Assembly (NCBI GenBank): GCA_963575745.1
Contig: CAUYUJ010000046.1
Coordinates: 1 to 64,000 of the forward strand
Length of the DNA: 64,000 nt
Direction: 5' to 3'
DNA from: Prorocentrum cordatum
Lineage: Eukaryota
The notes beneath the pieces were generated by a model, which saw only the letters and a list, made by a program, of their open reading frames with translations, did no database searches and was not told the DNA's origin. Shown here in pieces: positions 62,387 to 64,000 of the stretch. Numbering within the stretch: position 1 is the first letter of the stretch; the number at the start of each line of letters is the position of its first letter. The translations under genes and the position numbers were made by a program.

Positions 62387-62817
62387 GATGGGAAGGAGGA
62401 GGAGAAGGAGGGTAGAGGGAGAGAGAGAGGGAAGGAGGAGGAGGAGAGAGAGAGGATGGGAAGGAGGAGGAGGAGAAGGGAGAGAAGCAGGCAGCGTCGT
62501 GGCCAAAGTGGGCTGCCCCGCGCCCTGGCTGCCGCAGGTGCGGCGCAAAAAAAAGGCAGCCGTCTGCCACCGTGCCCCCCTGGCACGTGGAGGCACGGAG
62601 GCATATGCCAAGGTCTGCCTGGTAGGGTTTTTTTTTTTTCGAACTCTGATGAGATCTCCTCCTCCTCCTCCTCCTCCTCCTCCTCCTCCTCCTCCTCCTC
62701 CTCCTCTCCTTCCTCCTCCTCCTCCTCCTCCTCCTCCTCCTCCTCCTCCTCCTCCTCCTCCTCCTCCTCCTCCTCCTCCTCCTCCTCCTCCTCCTCCTCC
62801 TCCTCCTCCTCCAGTAG

Positions 62818-63028
62818 ATGGACAATCTATTCGAACCCTCACACGTTCGAGGGGGATTCTAAATCACCCCCGCGCCCCCGACATCAATGTTGATCTCAGT
62901 AAAGGCGGTGCTTTGGGGTTCGCATACTTCTGTCCACTCACGCCCCCCCCCCGTCGCCACGCCATCAATATTAATTTCGGGGGGTCGTCGGGGCATCTTG
63001 GGCCACAGGGTTCGAATATAATGTCCAT
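62818..63028. mobile_element. MITE-like element, 211 bp
   Basis: ATGGACAATCTATTCGAACCCT ... AGGGTTCGAATATAATGTCCAT (22 bp, 2 mismatches). Confidence 0.65.
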
Positions 63029-63149
63029 GTACGGTCCCCCCTACCCGTGGACTCTTGCGTGCACAGCCCCTTCTTCCCGAAGCCACTTCCCTCGTGCCCG
63101 CTCCAGGGTGGTGCAGTTCCAGCATGGCCGGTAATACCTGAACCCCTAG

Positions 63150-63350
63150 TCCACGCGTGCCCGCTCGAGGATGGTACACTTACCGCATGGTAGCTAATGC
63201 CAGACCCCCCTTCCACGCGTGCCCGCTCGAGGATGGTGCACTTCCCGCATGGCAGCTAATGCCTGGACCCTCATTCCATGCGCGCCCGCTGGAAGACTGT
63301 GCACTTCCCGCATGGCTGCTAACTCCTATCCCCTCATCCCACGCGCACCA
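63150..63350. repeat. ~62-bp tandem repeat, about 3 units
   Basis: CCACGCGTGCCCGCTCGAGGATGGT recurs. Confidence 0.8.
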
Positions 63351-63449
63351 AGGATCGTGCTTTTCCGCATTTCCGGGCGCTGCTCCCAAGCGCTCCAGGG
63401 CCCCCTCTGCCACGATCCCTCGTTAAGAACGATGCATATGCATCCCGAG

Positions 63450-64000
63450 CTTCCAAGACGGCCCGCGCAGGCAACTAAGGAGACCAAGATGGCACAGGAT
63501 ACCTCGAAGACGGCCCAGGATGGCCCCAATGCGACCGAATCTGGGTTCAAGACGGCCCAAGATGCCTCCAAGAGGGCCCAAAATGGCCACACGAGGACCT
63601 CCATCAGTTTCCGAAAAAGCCAAAATCATGGATGTCACCTGCTTTTTTTGTTTTTTTTGTTTCTTGCTGATTTAAATATTCTCGCCCGTTTGGGCTGCCG
63701 TCAGCTCGAGACGGCCCAAGAGGACACCACGATGGCCCAAGCGGCATCCAAGACGGCTCCAAGACGGCCCAAAAGGGCTTCCCGTGGGACCCAGCACGGC
63801 CTTAGAAGGCCCTTTGACGGCCCAAGACGACGCCAAGACGGCTTCCAGACAATCAGAATACGGCCAAGACGGCCCCAAGACGGTTCAAGTGAGCCCCAAG
63901 CCGGCGTAAGGGGGCCCCAAGAGGGCCCAAGAGGGCCTCAAGGGACCTCATGAATGTCCCACAGGAGGCCAAGACAGCCCCAGGACGGCCCAAACGAATT
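63450..64000. repeat. Degenerate GGCCCAAGA-type short-period satellite
   Basis: Recurrent CCAAGACGGCCCAAGA. Confidence 0.8.

Overview
Eukaryotic, GC-rich, extremely repeat-dense nuclear DNA that is almost certainly from a dinoflagellate. The evidence is a perfect 22-nt dinoflagellate spliced leader (DinoSL) and GA-AG/GC-AG introns; a Prorocentrum-like source is only my inference. Two host genes can be supported, both on the minus strand: a four-exon mitochondrial F1 ATP synthase gamma subunit (17366->12330, 316 aa, no GT-AG intron) and an intronless AEC/Mem_trans-family transporter (61308->59821). Four non-LTR retrotransposon copies also lie on the minus strand, and each begins with a DinoSL or a decayed relic of it. 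The best preserved (47654-52040) has a perfect SL, an A8 tail and a 12-14 bp target-site duplication, so it is a retroposed trans-spliced mRNA. The rest consists of a family of elements with fixed termini and internal ~77-bp satellite arrays (Helentron/HINE-like), at least five MITE-like TIR elements or families, several tandem repeats, large (GGA)n, (CTA)n and (CAT)n tracts and one 100-N gap. Most ORFs in the supplied track are repeat or GC artefacts. All calls are by eye; no searches were run.
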